Shown here: positions 37,913-49,507 of the stretch, piece by piece
Position numbering within the stretch: position 1 is the first letter of the stretch
Layout of the letters: every line of letters begins with the position of its first letter
Source: Felis catus
Taxonomy: Eukaryota
NCBI RefSeq assembly: GCF_018350175.1
Contig: NC_058368.1
Span: forward strand, 223,946,001 to 224,010,000
DNA length: 64,000 nt
Reading direction: 5' to 3'
The notes under the pieces: generated by a model
Seen by the model: the letters and a program-made list of their open reading frames with translations, nothing else
Told to the model about the DNA's origin: nothing
Database searches by the model: none
Position numbers and translations under genes: made by a program

Positions 37913-37957
37913 CAGAAATAAACTTAAACATTCTTTAAAAAAGGAAAAGAAAAGAAA
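37715..37957 (+). mobile_element. Can-SINE
   Basis: Full body, CT tract, A-rich tail. Confidence 0.95.
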
Positions 37958-38129
37958 AAGATGCCTTATAAATGTATAAGATGTCAACTCACTTTTTTTA
38001 ATGCCTTTTGTGTTTCATCTTACAGGTAAATGATAATTAAGAAAAATCACCTGTCAACTTGCCATTCCATTTTAACCAATATCATTATTACCAACAACAT
38101 TAAAATTAATACTACGTACCTATGTGATT

Positions 38130-38666
38130 CTTCATATTTGAATATGCCTCTAGGAATTAAGGGTAAGTAATTAAATGGGTATAGAGTGTCAAATTGCCCT
38201 TGAAGGAAGTTTTACTCTCATGAGAGATTGTATTTCCCAAACCTCCACCAGGACTCTGTGCTTTTTGATCTTTAGTAATAAATGAAAAATATCCATTACA
38301 TATATTTTATTATGACTGAGATTGAGAATCCTTTCATATGTTTAAAAAGATGTCTTTATTTTCTCTTGTGATACCTGATCATATTGTCTTTTTTTCTATC
38401 ATGCACTATTTTATTGTTTTGTACTATTTTTAATGTAAAGAAATTAGTTTTTTCCCTGTGACACAAATGCATATATTTTCCCCTAGTCTGACATTTTTCT
38501 TTTGGATTTGTTAATAATAACTTTGAATTTTGCTATGCAAATGCATCTATACTTATTTTGAAGACTTCTGGAATTTTTTTTTTATAAAGTCCTTCACAGC
38601 TCTAACAATATATGTATTTTTAAATGCAATCACATATTTCTTCCATAAGTTTATTTATTTATTTTC

Positions 38667-38704
<38 letters not shown>

Positions 38705-39330
38705 TGCTTACATGAGCTGGGGAGGGGCAGAGAAAGAGAGAGAGAGAGAGAATCCCAAGCAGATTTTTTACCATCAGTGAAGAGCCTGATGGGGGTCTCA
38801 AACCCACGAACCATGAGATCCTGACCTAAGTCGAAGTCAAGAGCCAGACGCTTAACTGACTGAGCCATGAGGGCAGCCCCCTTTTTTTATTTCTAATTTT
38901 AGTATTCAATAATTTCATTTAGTTGTTTGTTAATCAGAATAAAGCTTATTTTGTTGTAAGAGGTAAGGAAAGTTTCCATTTTATTTGTTTTTAATTAGTG
39001 AGGTTTGTTACAATATTGTCTTCTCTCTACTGATTTGAAATCATTTATTTCCATGTAGTTATTTCTACTTTTAGAGTTTTTATGTTCTATGAGTTTGATG
39101 TCAAGAATTCACATTTAAATATATAATTTGTATGATATCTTTTGGGCCTAGTGTCCTTCATGACTTTCTTCTTCTTCCTCTACTTCCTCCATTTCTTCTC
39201 CTCTGCATAATGATTATTACTTTTTCTCATTATTCTTAGTTTATTTATATTTCCCCAAGACCTTCAGAAGAAGTTTTCTGTTTTCCTCAGCCCCAGGAGT
39301 GTATTTATTAGGAAGAAATTAAATTCACAC
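38130..39330 (-). mobile_element. Very old L1M ORF2 fragments
   Basis: TATGACTGAGATTGAGAATCCTTTCATATGTTTA is the antisense of the L1 KHMKRFSISV-like region; T-rich. Confidence 0.55.
38647..38880 (-). mobile_element. Can-SINE
   Basis: Antisense body with (GA)n. Confidence 0.94.
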
Positions 39331-39602
39331 ATTCAGACAAGATGCTTTTGGAAGTGCAAAAATTCATTTCTTGCTCACAGCTATATTTTGTTCTCTTTGT
39401 ACCATTGTTGCAAAATCATTGTTTAATTTATCTTTCAATATTTTTAAATATATCTTCAATCATACAGTCAGTATATTTTTGTTTTTACCTTATGCATTAA
39501 ATCTTTGGTAGCCCAACTTTCTGGTCTGAGTTGTGGAAACATTCATAAACATAACCTATAAGAGTAGTGAATTTACTGTGTCCATACTTTGTGGAAATTC
39601 GT

Positions 39603-39767
39603 TTATATGTATTATTTCTTATAATGTATATATGTATAATGTTTATATGTATTATATACATTATATGTATTATATACATATACATATTTATAATGTATAT
39701 ATGTATAATGTTTATATGTATTATATACATTATATGTATTAAATACATATTTATATGTATTATTTCT
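39603..39767. repeat. AT-rich tandem duplication, period about 69 bp
   Basis: TTATAATGTATATATGTATAATGTTTATATGTATTATATACATTATATGTATTA occurs twice. Confidence 0.85.
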
Positions 39768-40083
39768 GTTGTGAGAACAACAGTCAGTAATGTGTGGATT
39801 TCCCTGGTTTTGATTTCTGTACATCTTTCTTGGGGAATTAATTGGAAGTGGCAATTGCTATTGGCCTAGTGCCTGGAGTAATCTTATGCGTTGGTCCAAT
39901 ATATGTGCAAATGTTTCTCTGCCCAACATTCCTAAGGTCTTTATTTTCTAGCACCTATACAGCCTTAAACCATAGCTACAGAATCCCCCCTCCCCCACTG
40001 AAAGACCCTATGGATTCTACCTACTTCTATTCTAATTTGTAGCCCCTGTTTCATCAATGTCTTTTAAACAAAACAAAACAATA

Positions 40084-40310
40084 TTTTTTTTATTTTTTCT
40101 TATATTTTTTAATGTTTATTTATTTTTGGAGAGAGAGAAATAGGGCATAAATGGGGGAGGGCAGAGAGAGAGGGAGACACAGAATCCGAAGCAGGCTCCA
40201 GGCTCCGAGCTGTCGGCAGGGAGCCCGATGTGGGGTTCGAAGTCACAAACTGTGAGACAATGACCTGAGCCGAAGTTGGACACTTAACTGACTGAGCCAC
40301 CCAGGTGCCC
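40084..40310 (-). mobile_element. Can-SINE
   Basis: Antisense full body; short TSD AACAATAT. Confidence 0.96.
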
Positions 40311-41391
40311 AGCAGAACAATATATTAAAGGTGGGGGTAGGGGGTGACAAAATATAATCTTACCAATCAGTAATGGGGAAAGTTTTATACTGTCATTCAT
40401 TGTGTATATTCAAATAGAAGCATTACTCACCAGAAAGGCTAGTTTCTGTGCAAATAAAAAATTTTATGATGATTGCTATATATACATATTTTCAGCAAAA
40501 AAAAATCTTTTGCTAGTGAATTTATGCCATTAAAATGCCCTAAAGTAGAATGACTCTTTTGCTTGTCTGACATTTGAGATTTTGATTTAATGTATAATGT
40601 ATTTTTATACATTTAATATATGTATTATATTATTATTTATACATATTTTATTATACATATTTTATACATATGTATATTATACATATATTATACATATACA
40701 TATAATACAATATTATACATATTTTATACATTTAATAAACATATTATTTAATATAATGTATATATTGGAAAAAAACCTTGCTTTACCCATTTTTTATTCA
40801 GATTATTGCAAAAAGAAACCTAAAATATACATATTGTACTTAGTACGAATAAAACTTTGGAGACAATTTTAAAGGAATGCTTAATTAATTCACTTAAATT
40901 TAGCTTATAACTATTGTTCTTAACACCAATTTATTTCACAAAATTTAGATTGACAAGATTGAATTTAACCTGATGGCCAAATATAACAGCGAGAGAGAGC
41001 CTATCAATTGGGAGAGAACATGTGAGTAAATTATATTTCTGACAAGCTTTCACAAGCATGAAAACACATGAAACACGCTCAAGAGAATAATGCATACTTA
41101 GAGTGGATAGCTACATTAGGAAAATGAATGCAGGTTTTCTATTATGGACTATTTTCTTTTTTTAATATTACCGTTGACATTGATTCTAAGCTTTAAAATA
41201 TTTTGTTCTATTATAAGCCAACACAAGTTCTCAGGAACAATTTAGCTGTATCACTGCAAAATTTGCTCTGAAAACTCATTTTAAATAAGAGAACACTCAA
41301 TTCTGGGATAAAGTTGACCCCCCCTAGTATTTAATAAAATGAAGTGAAAAACACAAAAATATATTTAAAATATTTTTTAAAGTTTATTCGT

Positions 41392-41601
41392 GGGGCGCCT
41401 GGGTGGCTCAGTGGGTTGAGTGTCTGACTTCGGCTCAGGTCATGATCTCGCGGTCTGTGAGTTCGAGCCCCGCGTCGGGTACTGTGCTGACAGCTCAGAG
41501 CCTGGAGCCTGCTTCGGATTCTGTGTCCCCCTCTCTCTCTGCCCCTCCCCTGCTCATGCTCTGTCTCTCTCTGTCAAAAATAAAAATAAACATTAAAAAT
41601 T
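41392..41601 (+). mobile_element. Can-SINE inserted into the tail of an antisense SINE
   Basis: TSD AAGTTTATTCGT on both sides. Confidence 0.97.
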
Positions 41602-41822
41602 TTTTTTAAGTTTATTCGTTTATTTTGAGAGAGAGGGAGAGAGCAAGTCGGGGGGTGGGGGGGTGAAGGGGGGTCAGTGAGAGAAGGAGAGAGAATCCCA
41701 AGCAGGCTCCACACTGATAATGAGAGGCCCCACATGGAGCTCAATTCTAAAAACCATGAGATCATAACCTGAGCTCAAATCAATAATGAGAAGCTTCAGT
41801 GACTGAGCCACTCGGGCACCCC
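41602..41822 (-). mobile_element. Can-SINE (older; tail remnant at about 41371-41391)
   Basis: Antisense body; outer TSD TATATT(T/A)AAAATATTTT. Confidence 0.94.
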
Positions 41823-42538
41823 TATATTAAAAATATTTTGTAGAAGGAAAGAAAAAAAACTCACTAAGAAAACCAAGCAAGAGAAATGGAAGAGCCTCAT
41901 TTTCAAAACATAAGAAGGAGAAAACAACAACAACAAAAAAGGTTTTATGGATTTGAAAGAATTAGCATAAGGTTTGAGGCATCTAACTACCACCTTTTAT
42001 CAAGCTTGAAATTAATAATTTGGAAGTTTTTGAGAACTCTCACTAATATTCCCAAATATTATTGTAGGTGGGAGAAGTAATATAAAAGGAAAGTGAGTGG
42101 AATAATTATGCTTATCTTTTCCTCTGCTGGTAGTAATGTAATAGAAATAATTTACTGGGGACAATTAAGTGAAACAAGGTATATATACACAACGCTGAGT
42201 CAGAAATTTTATGTCCAATGCTATAGCTACAGATTATATACTATGAATGTCCCTCTAAGTGAGTAAATGATTGGGTTTGTAGCAAAGATGGGTTAATGTG
42301 TCAGTAAACTAGTGAAATTGCTCATCCCTCCACCTCTGAGTCACATGAAACAAACACAAAAAAGTCATCATGTCAGGGAAATATTACTTTCTCAGTGAAA
42401 CAAGCGGGTCTCTATATGTCAAAGAATCACCAGCACAATTATCAAAACAAGAGGCAAACTCTACAAAGTGTCAGATCTTGAGCAAGATTAAATATGAAGG
42501 GGGGTAATGACTGCACAAACAGAACCAGCAAAACACAA

Positions 42539-42760
42539 GGGCACCTGGGTGGCTCAGTCAGTTAAGGGTCCGACTCTTGATTTCGGCTCAGGTCATCATC
42601 TCATGGTTTGGGAGTTCCAGCCTGTGTCAGGCTCCACGCTGACAGTTCGGAGACTGAGATTATTTTTCTCTCTTTCTCTCTCTGCCCCTCTCCTTCTTTT
42701 TCTCTCAAAATACGTAAATAAGCTAAAACGAAACAAACAAAAAAAAAACCCACTGAAAAC
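42539..42760 (+). mobile_element. Can-SINE
   Basis: TSD AACCAG(C/A)AAAACACA. Confidence 0.95.
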
Positions 42761-43296
42761 AACCAGAAAAACACACACAAAATACATCTAGACAGCAGGT
42801 CAAAGACAGCCAAAAACCTGTTCTAGAATAAGATATAACTGAAGAACAGGAAGAAGGTTCCCACAGCAGCACCCACGTATGGGTCAAGTTAATAAGAAAA
42901 AGTGTCAAATGAGAGGAGAGATGAGAACTAACAATAAATAGAATGGCCTAAATGGTAGATAACAGACCTCAGAAAATAAGTTCAGTAGCCAAGAAAGTTC
43001 AGCAACCAAGAACTAATTGCAGAAATCATAAAAACTTAAGAAACTTAAAAAACAGAATGCAGTGGAAAATCAAATCTCAAACAGAGATAAAGCTTGATAT
43101 AAAGATAATTGTTATATAAAAGAAAATATATCAATATAGTATATATATATATATATATAATTATGAAAAAAGATGATCGATTAAAAAATAATGACCCTAA
43201 ATTGGAAAAGAAAAACATTAAATGAATAATACAAAAAAAAAAAAAAAAGAATACGTTGCATTCAATAATTCTTGGTTAGAAATGTCTCTTTTCTCA

Positions 43297-43517
43297 GGGT
43301 GCCTGGGTGGTTCAGTTGGTTAAACATCCAACTCTTGATCTTGGCTGAGGCCATTATCTCATGGTTAATGGGATCAAGCCCCACGTCAGGCTCTGTGCTG
43401 ACAGAGCAGAACCTGTTTGGGATGCTCAGTCTCCCTCTCTTTCTGTCCTCCCCCTGCTCATGTGCATGCTCCTGCTCTCTCTTTCTCAAAATAAATAAAT
43501 AATGTTGAAGAAAAGAA

Positions 43518-43577
<60 letters not shown>

Positions 43578-43596
43578 AGAAAGGAAAAGATAGAGA
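43297..43596 (+). mobile_element. Can-SINE with (GAAA)n tail
   Basis: Imperfect TSD AGAAATGT..TTCTC; GAAA array at about 43510-43580. Confidence 0.95.
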
Positions 43597-43675
43597 GAAA
43601 TGTTTTTCTTCTCTAACATACACTAGAAAATATGAAAACTCAAAGATAATTTTTTTAAAAAAAATTAGATAATTT

Positions 43676-43891
43676 GGGGATGCCTAGGTGTCTCAGTTCA
43701 TTGAGCATCTCACTTTTGATTTTGGCTCAGGTCATGATCCCAGGGTGGTGGGATTGAGCCCTATATTGGGCTCTATGCTCAGAGTGGAGCCTGCTTAAAA
43801 TTCTCTCTCTCCTTCTGCCCCTCTCCCCTGTTTGCACTCTCTCTCTTTCTCTCTCTCTCTCTCAAATTAAAGAAAAAAAAGAATCAAATTA
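43676..43891 (+). mobile_element. Can-SINE
   Basis: Flanked by AAAATTAGATAA and AAAATTACATAA. Confidence 0.94.
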
Positions 43892-43903
43892 AAAATTACA
43901 TAA

Positions 43904-44070
43904 AATTTAAATTTTACAGATTTATTGTATTTTTAGAGAGTGAGACTCTCAAGCAGGCTCCATGATGATCATGGAGTTGGATCAGGGCTTGAACCCACGA
44001 CCCTGAGATCATGACCTGAGCTGAAATCAAGAGTCAGGCACTCAAATGATTGAGCCACCCAGGCACCCCC
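43904..44070 (-). mobile_element. Can-SINE (short CT tract)
   Basis: Flanked by AAAATTACATAA and AAAATTAGATAA. Confidence 0.93.
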
Positions 44071-44827
44071 AAAATTAGATAACTTTTTATTATATATTCA
44101 ACTAGCCAAAAAAATCAAAAACATATCACACAGTGATGAAAAATCGGTCACGTACCAGAATTTTCTCTATAGTAGAAACACAGAAGAAAACAGTGTAATG
44201 ACTAAAAACCTTTAAAGAAACAAATTTGTTAAACATTAAGGTTGCATGTATTCAGAGAAGAATACGTATCTATTTGAAGGTGGGCTAAGACAATGAAGAA
44301 ACAAGATGTAAAACCTATGGTTAATGGTGGATACAGAATATTCCACTGAAAACCTGAGTTCTTCTTTTAAGTCCTCCTGGTGAAATGAAAGCCCATATCG
44401 AAAAATAATATTGAATCAGTTACAGCAACTATGTATTATCCTCTATTGATTATAAAATTACATATAAAAAAAAGATGTGTTAAAAAGGGCCATGTCCTCT
44501 AACTTGAACTTTTTCTTCCCTTGTCTGATACTGTGCTATAAGTTTTTTCTTCAGATTTCTAGAAGCTATTTTTTTTTTTCCTGTCCAGCTGCTAAAACCA
44601 CAGGTTCCTAGTAACATTTTGGGTTGATTTTTGTTGTTGTTGTTGTTTCCTACTTCAGCCTGTTTCTGAAGGAAGTAGTTCTTAAGTGTGATTGTCTACA
44701 ATTTAAAAATATTTTTTTAAATAATGATAGATGATTTTACAAATGTTTTAACATTCAAAACAAAACCTCTATTGTTTACAATGAAAAAAAAATATTTTGA
44801 GTAAGAGATACATGAAGATGGTGGACA

Positions 44828-45048
44828 TTTAAAATTTTGTTTAAATGTTTATATTTATTTTTGAGACAGAGAGAGACAGAGCATGAGCAGGGGAGAGGCA
44901 GAGAGAGAGGCAGACACAGAATTGGAAGCAGGTTCCAGGCTCTGAGCTGTCAGCACAGAGCCCGACGCGGGGCTCAAACTCACGGACTGCGAGATCATGA
45001 CTTGAGCCGAAGTCGGATGCTCAACCGACTGAGCCACCCAGGTGTCCC
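44828..45048 (-). mobile_element. Can-SINE
   Basis: Antisense full body; long duplicated flank TTTAAATGTTTATATTT. Confidence 0.97.
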
Positions 45049-45554
45049 TTTTTAAATTTTTTTAAATGTTTATATTTCAGATAGTGGGCAGAAAACATTG
45101 TATAAGCAATGCTTCCAAAATTTGTCACAAGGATACCATACGGATGATTGTTTCTATACCTGTGCATGTTAAGTATATTAAGTGCATTTGCAAAGAAAAT
45201 ATTATTCTAAATCACTTGATAACACCATTATAAGGCCATAATCAAAAATTAATCCCTATAATTAACCAAAGTCATATTTAATGCCATGTCCATGAATCAC
45301 CCAAAATAATCTTACAAACAGTTACTCACCCCACAATGTGGAAAATTTAGCTTAAGGAATTGGGGTGGAGTTTGACCTCAGAGACACCTAACAGCTCTTT
45401 TCAGTAAACTGAATAGGATTTAATCTGTATATCTTTCCATTCTCTATTTCTTTGAAAGAGAAATGTAAAATGAATAGTAAAAGCTAACAGGAAGAGATAC
45501 TACCTTACCATAAAAACCCTACAAGCTATCAAAGAAGGAATCATCATTTTTTTT

Positions 45555-45700
45555 TTCATGTAAACCCTTATAACAACTACAAAGGACAACTCATATCCCA
45601 CTTTATAGGTGAAGAAATTAGAGCTCCATATTACTATTTGCCTAGAGTTGCAAAGTTTAAATTGATAAAGCTCACAACAGAGTCGAGACTGTACTAATAG
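45555..45700 (-). mobile_element. MIR fragment
   Basis: CCCTTATAACAAC..TATCCCACTTTATAGGTGAAGAAATTAGAGCTC antisense MIR core. Confidence 0.6.
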
Positions 45701-47559
45701 CAAGGACTAAATTTTTTTCCCTTCCTCTTCCCTCAGAGGTGATCCATAAAGTCTAGGCATATAAGGAGGATAGATGGACGCCATTCCAAAGAAACTAGAT
45801 CCAATAACCTTTCCAGATCCCTTCCCAACTGAAGATTGTATAGAAGAGTTGTAGGTCAGGAGCAACTCTATAAGAGTTGTTAAAGAAAGCCAAAACACTG
45901 AAAACCAAAAGAAAGAAATAACTGTAGATGGCAGAAATATTACTTTATTCAACAGACTTTAGATAGGCAAATAGAGCCAACTACTGATTTCTCTACTTAC
46001 AGTCTGGCTTTTGGGTTGAAGCTCCTGATAAACAGCTGTTCAACAATCCCATTATAACTCCATGGTTACTACAGAAAACACGAGCAATGGCAGTACGTTT
46101 TTGTGCATGACCAATACTTTGATCTCTTTCATGCCATGTGCCATAAAATTCCAGAAGGCAATGTGCAGCATTTCCTTTGTTTTATCATTGTTCTCAAAGT
46201 TAATCATGGTCATCGATATTGCCCCCTTGAACTGCTTCTGTATCCATTATCAGTGCTTCTACATTTCTGCCAAGATACTTATGTTTGACACATTGGTCTC
46301 ATTGGTGTTGAGCTAATTCATTGGGTCTCCTTTTGACAACCCTGAATTCATCAGAGGCCTGGTAATCAATCACCATAACGCTACCTCTTTAAGCAGTGCC
46401 ACCCAGCATGTGAATATGAAATTGATTTTTAAGTAGACTACTTACATTTCAGGCAATCACTTCTAAGTCTGAAATTTACAATATATGCTAACTTTTTTTG
46501 CACACATCTAATTATTTTTGTCTGTTTCTTTTAAATCAAATATCAGTTTATCCATGAATCTGGGGTGCTGACATTAGGAGGGAGGATACACTGTGTTGTA
46601 ATGTCATAAGACATAGTCTTGTACATAGAAATAAATGAGCTTATTGAGTGACATGGCTTAGAGGTGAAGCTAAAAACCACACAAAGCCAGTGTATTTGGT
46701 CAAATCAGAAAGCAAAATGAAACAGTGAGTTCCAACACTACCTTAATGTTTCCAGCTCCATCTAATGTCATTCTGCTAGTCACTGAATAAGGACGCATTT
46801 TGTGTGCCCTACGCTATTAGCACTCACCACTAATCTGACACCAAAGAAGGAAAAACTGAATAAGAACAATCAAGTAACTGAAAATAATAACCAGACCAGG
46901 TTGTTAACATGACTCGGCCATGTTAAATTTACCATGTTTAACCTTTCATTCATAATTTAACAAAAATCAATGTTCAAAAATATGTTATGATGGTGGTACA
47001 ATTTGGACAAACAATAAATACAATGGTAATTGGATGTGTTGAATGTTTTCATATTGCATTATGTTAAATTTTAAATATTTTACTGCTTTTCAAACTAGAA
47101 GCTAATGAAGCTTCTTGTTATAACATGTTTTCTTGATAAGGACTGATAATATTTATGTCTATATCTATAATTTACATCTACTAACAACAAAATAAAACTG
47201 ATGATTTTTATATTTGACGGGAGCTGAAAAAGCTCTTAGATAAAAAGTCTATCCACATGTGTTTGGTTACCGTGTATTCTAGCTACCTCCACTTCTGGTT
47301 TTTTGCAGTCTCGTGAACTTGAAAGAGCCTTATTATTACGTTTTCCTGACAGCTGAGGGTAGAGTATGTGACACCAGATTTTGAGCAAAAGTAAAATATT
47401 CTATCCTCTATCAGTCTCAGTATGAAATTGTATGTCATTAGAGCATTATTAAAAGTGATCTGAGTTTTCCTGTCCAAGAACATGGAGTGCTTTTCTAATC
47501 CCTGCCTTATTTTATATTTTTCACCAAAGGTTTATAATTTTGTGACATAAAGGATTGAA

Positions 47560-47786
47560 CAATAGATGCATTCCTATATACTGGCCATTTTCTATCTCCT
47601 GGTTTATAAAATACAATGAATTTTGTATAGTCATCTTATTTACACTTGGTAAGTGTAACTTTTTGCTAATTTTCAAGTATTTATTTTGACTTTATGTCAT
47701 TTGCTTTGCCATTTGTCCAATCACCAATGTAATATTTTCAAATAATGAAAGTTTAGTATCTTCCTTTTTAATAGTTCTTTTTTTGC

Positions 47787-47825
<39 letters not shown>

Positions 47826-48445
47826 TTTTCTAATTTTTTGCATTGGCATGTTTCCTTTAGAATGTTGTACAGAAGTAGGAATAGCACATTGCCTTGACAT
47901 GTTCCCCCATTTAAAAAATATGCTTTCAGCATTTTAACTTTACAACTTCTTTTTGACCTAGTACCAGTAAATATAATTTATCAAGTAAAGGATTTATTTT
48001 ATCCTCTTCCAAGTTTGGTAATGGTTATTTTCATAAATGATTATTATTTTTTTTTATTTTTTTTAACGTTTATTTATTTTTGAGACAGAGAGAGACAGAG
48101 CATGAACGGGAGAGGGTCAGAGAGAGAGGGAGACACAGAATCCGAAACAGGCCCCAGGCTCTGAGCTGTCAGCACAGAGCCCGACGCGGGGCTCGAACTC
48201 ACGGACCGTGAGATCATGACTTCAGCCGAAGTCGGACGCTTAACCGACCAAGCCACCCAGGCGCCCCCATAAATGATTATTGAGCTTTATTTATTTTTCA
48301 TGTTATGGAAATTATAAGATATTATCTCATATTAAAATACTTTGAAAGATTTTCTATCGTGATGAAAACTTGCATTTCTGAAATATCTAACAATTAATAT
48401 TAGTTAAGTTATTTATCTGCTTCAGATTATTGCATCTATGGTTAT
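47560..48445 (-). mobile_element. Old L1M ORF2 fragments interrupted by a SINE
   Basis: T-rich antisense L1 ORF2-like sequence (GAATGTTGTACAGAAGTAGG..GCCTTGACATGTTCC..ATGCTTTCAGCATTTT). Confidence 0.55.
48046..48267 (-). mobile_element. Can-SINE (SINEC_Fc, CpG-rich)
   Basis: Perfect TSD CATAAATGATTATT. Confidence 0.97.
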
Positions 48446-49055
48446 GATCTGGGAATTAAGTAATTTCTGACTGGGATCAGAAACCCAGGTTATTAATCGC
48501 TGCCTCATGGTGCCTCTCCATTAGCCAAAGGTCACACTAGTATGTGTGCACCAGGAGATATTTGTCTGGAGTATAGATGCATGTGTATATATAATGTTAC
48601 ATTTTATATCATTATATATCACAGTATATATATTACATACTGTATAATATATTATAATGACATAATATAATAATACATATTATAATGCATACATTATTTT
48701 TACTTTACATTACTGAAATCAGTACAACCATAAGTCAAGAGGTAATGAATAAATCAAATGCTTATTATAAATATATGTCATATTTCCACACATTAAAAAA
48801 CACATCCCTATATATTTACATCTATGCATACATTTACCTCTATACCTGCACCTTCATGTATGTATATATGTATCTATCTATCTTCTTATCTATCTATGTG
48901 TATATTAGCATGGGTATAATGATACAGAAAAAAATAAATATATAGATAATCATGGCAATGGAAATATAAGCATTCATGTATAAATACCATAATATAAATA
49001 TAAATATGTATTTATACATAGTATACATATAAATGCATATTAAAACCAGAATCCT

Positions 49056-49270
49056 GGGTGCCTGAGTGGCTCAGTTAGTTAAGCAACCAGCTCTGGACGT
49101 GGGCTCAGGTCATGATCTCACAGTTCATGGGATGGAGCCCTGGGGGGGCTCTGCACTAACAGCCTAGAGCCTACTTGGGATTCTCTCTCTCTCTGCCCTT
49201 CCCCATTTGTGCACCTGCTTTCTCCCTCTCAAAATAAATAAACATTAAATAAATAAATAAAGTCAAAAAG
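49056..49270 (+). mobile_element. Can-SINE
   Basis: Full body; short TSD AATCCT. Confidence 0.94.
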
Positions 49271-49344
49271 ACAATCCTGTTGTTTGTCCCTGGAGAAGGG
49301 AGTAACAGAGTGAAGCAGGGAAAGCTGACAAAAGAACTGTAATT

Positions 49345-49457
49345 TTAATTTTTTTAAGTTTATTTATTTATTTTGAAAGAGACAGAGACAACATGAGTGT
49401 GGTGGGGGGCAGAGAAAGAGGGAGAGACCAAATCCCAAGCAGGCTCTGTGCTGCCAG

Positions 49458-49460
<3 letters not shown>
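49345..49460 (-). mobile_element. Can-SINE 3' half only, joined to (AT)n
   Basis: Body stops at GCCAGCAC and runs into ATATAT. Confidence 0.9.

Positions 49461-49507
<47 letters not shown>

Noticed and set aside
46050..46355. Minus-strand frame with faint reverse-transcriptase-like words (SGLSKGDPM, INFENNDK)
   Set aside because: The motifs are in the wrong order for an RT domain and are separated by stops; probably chance. An HMM search would settle it.
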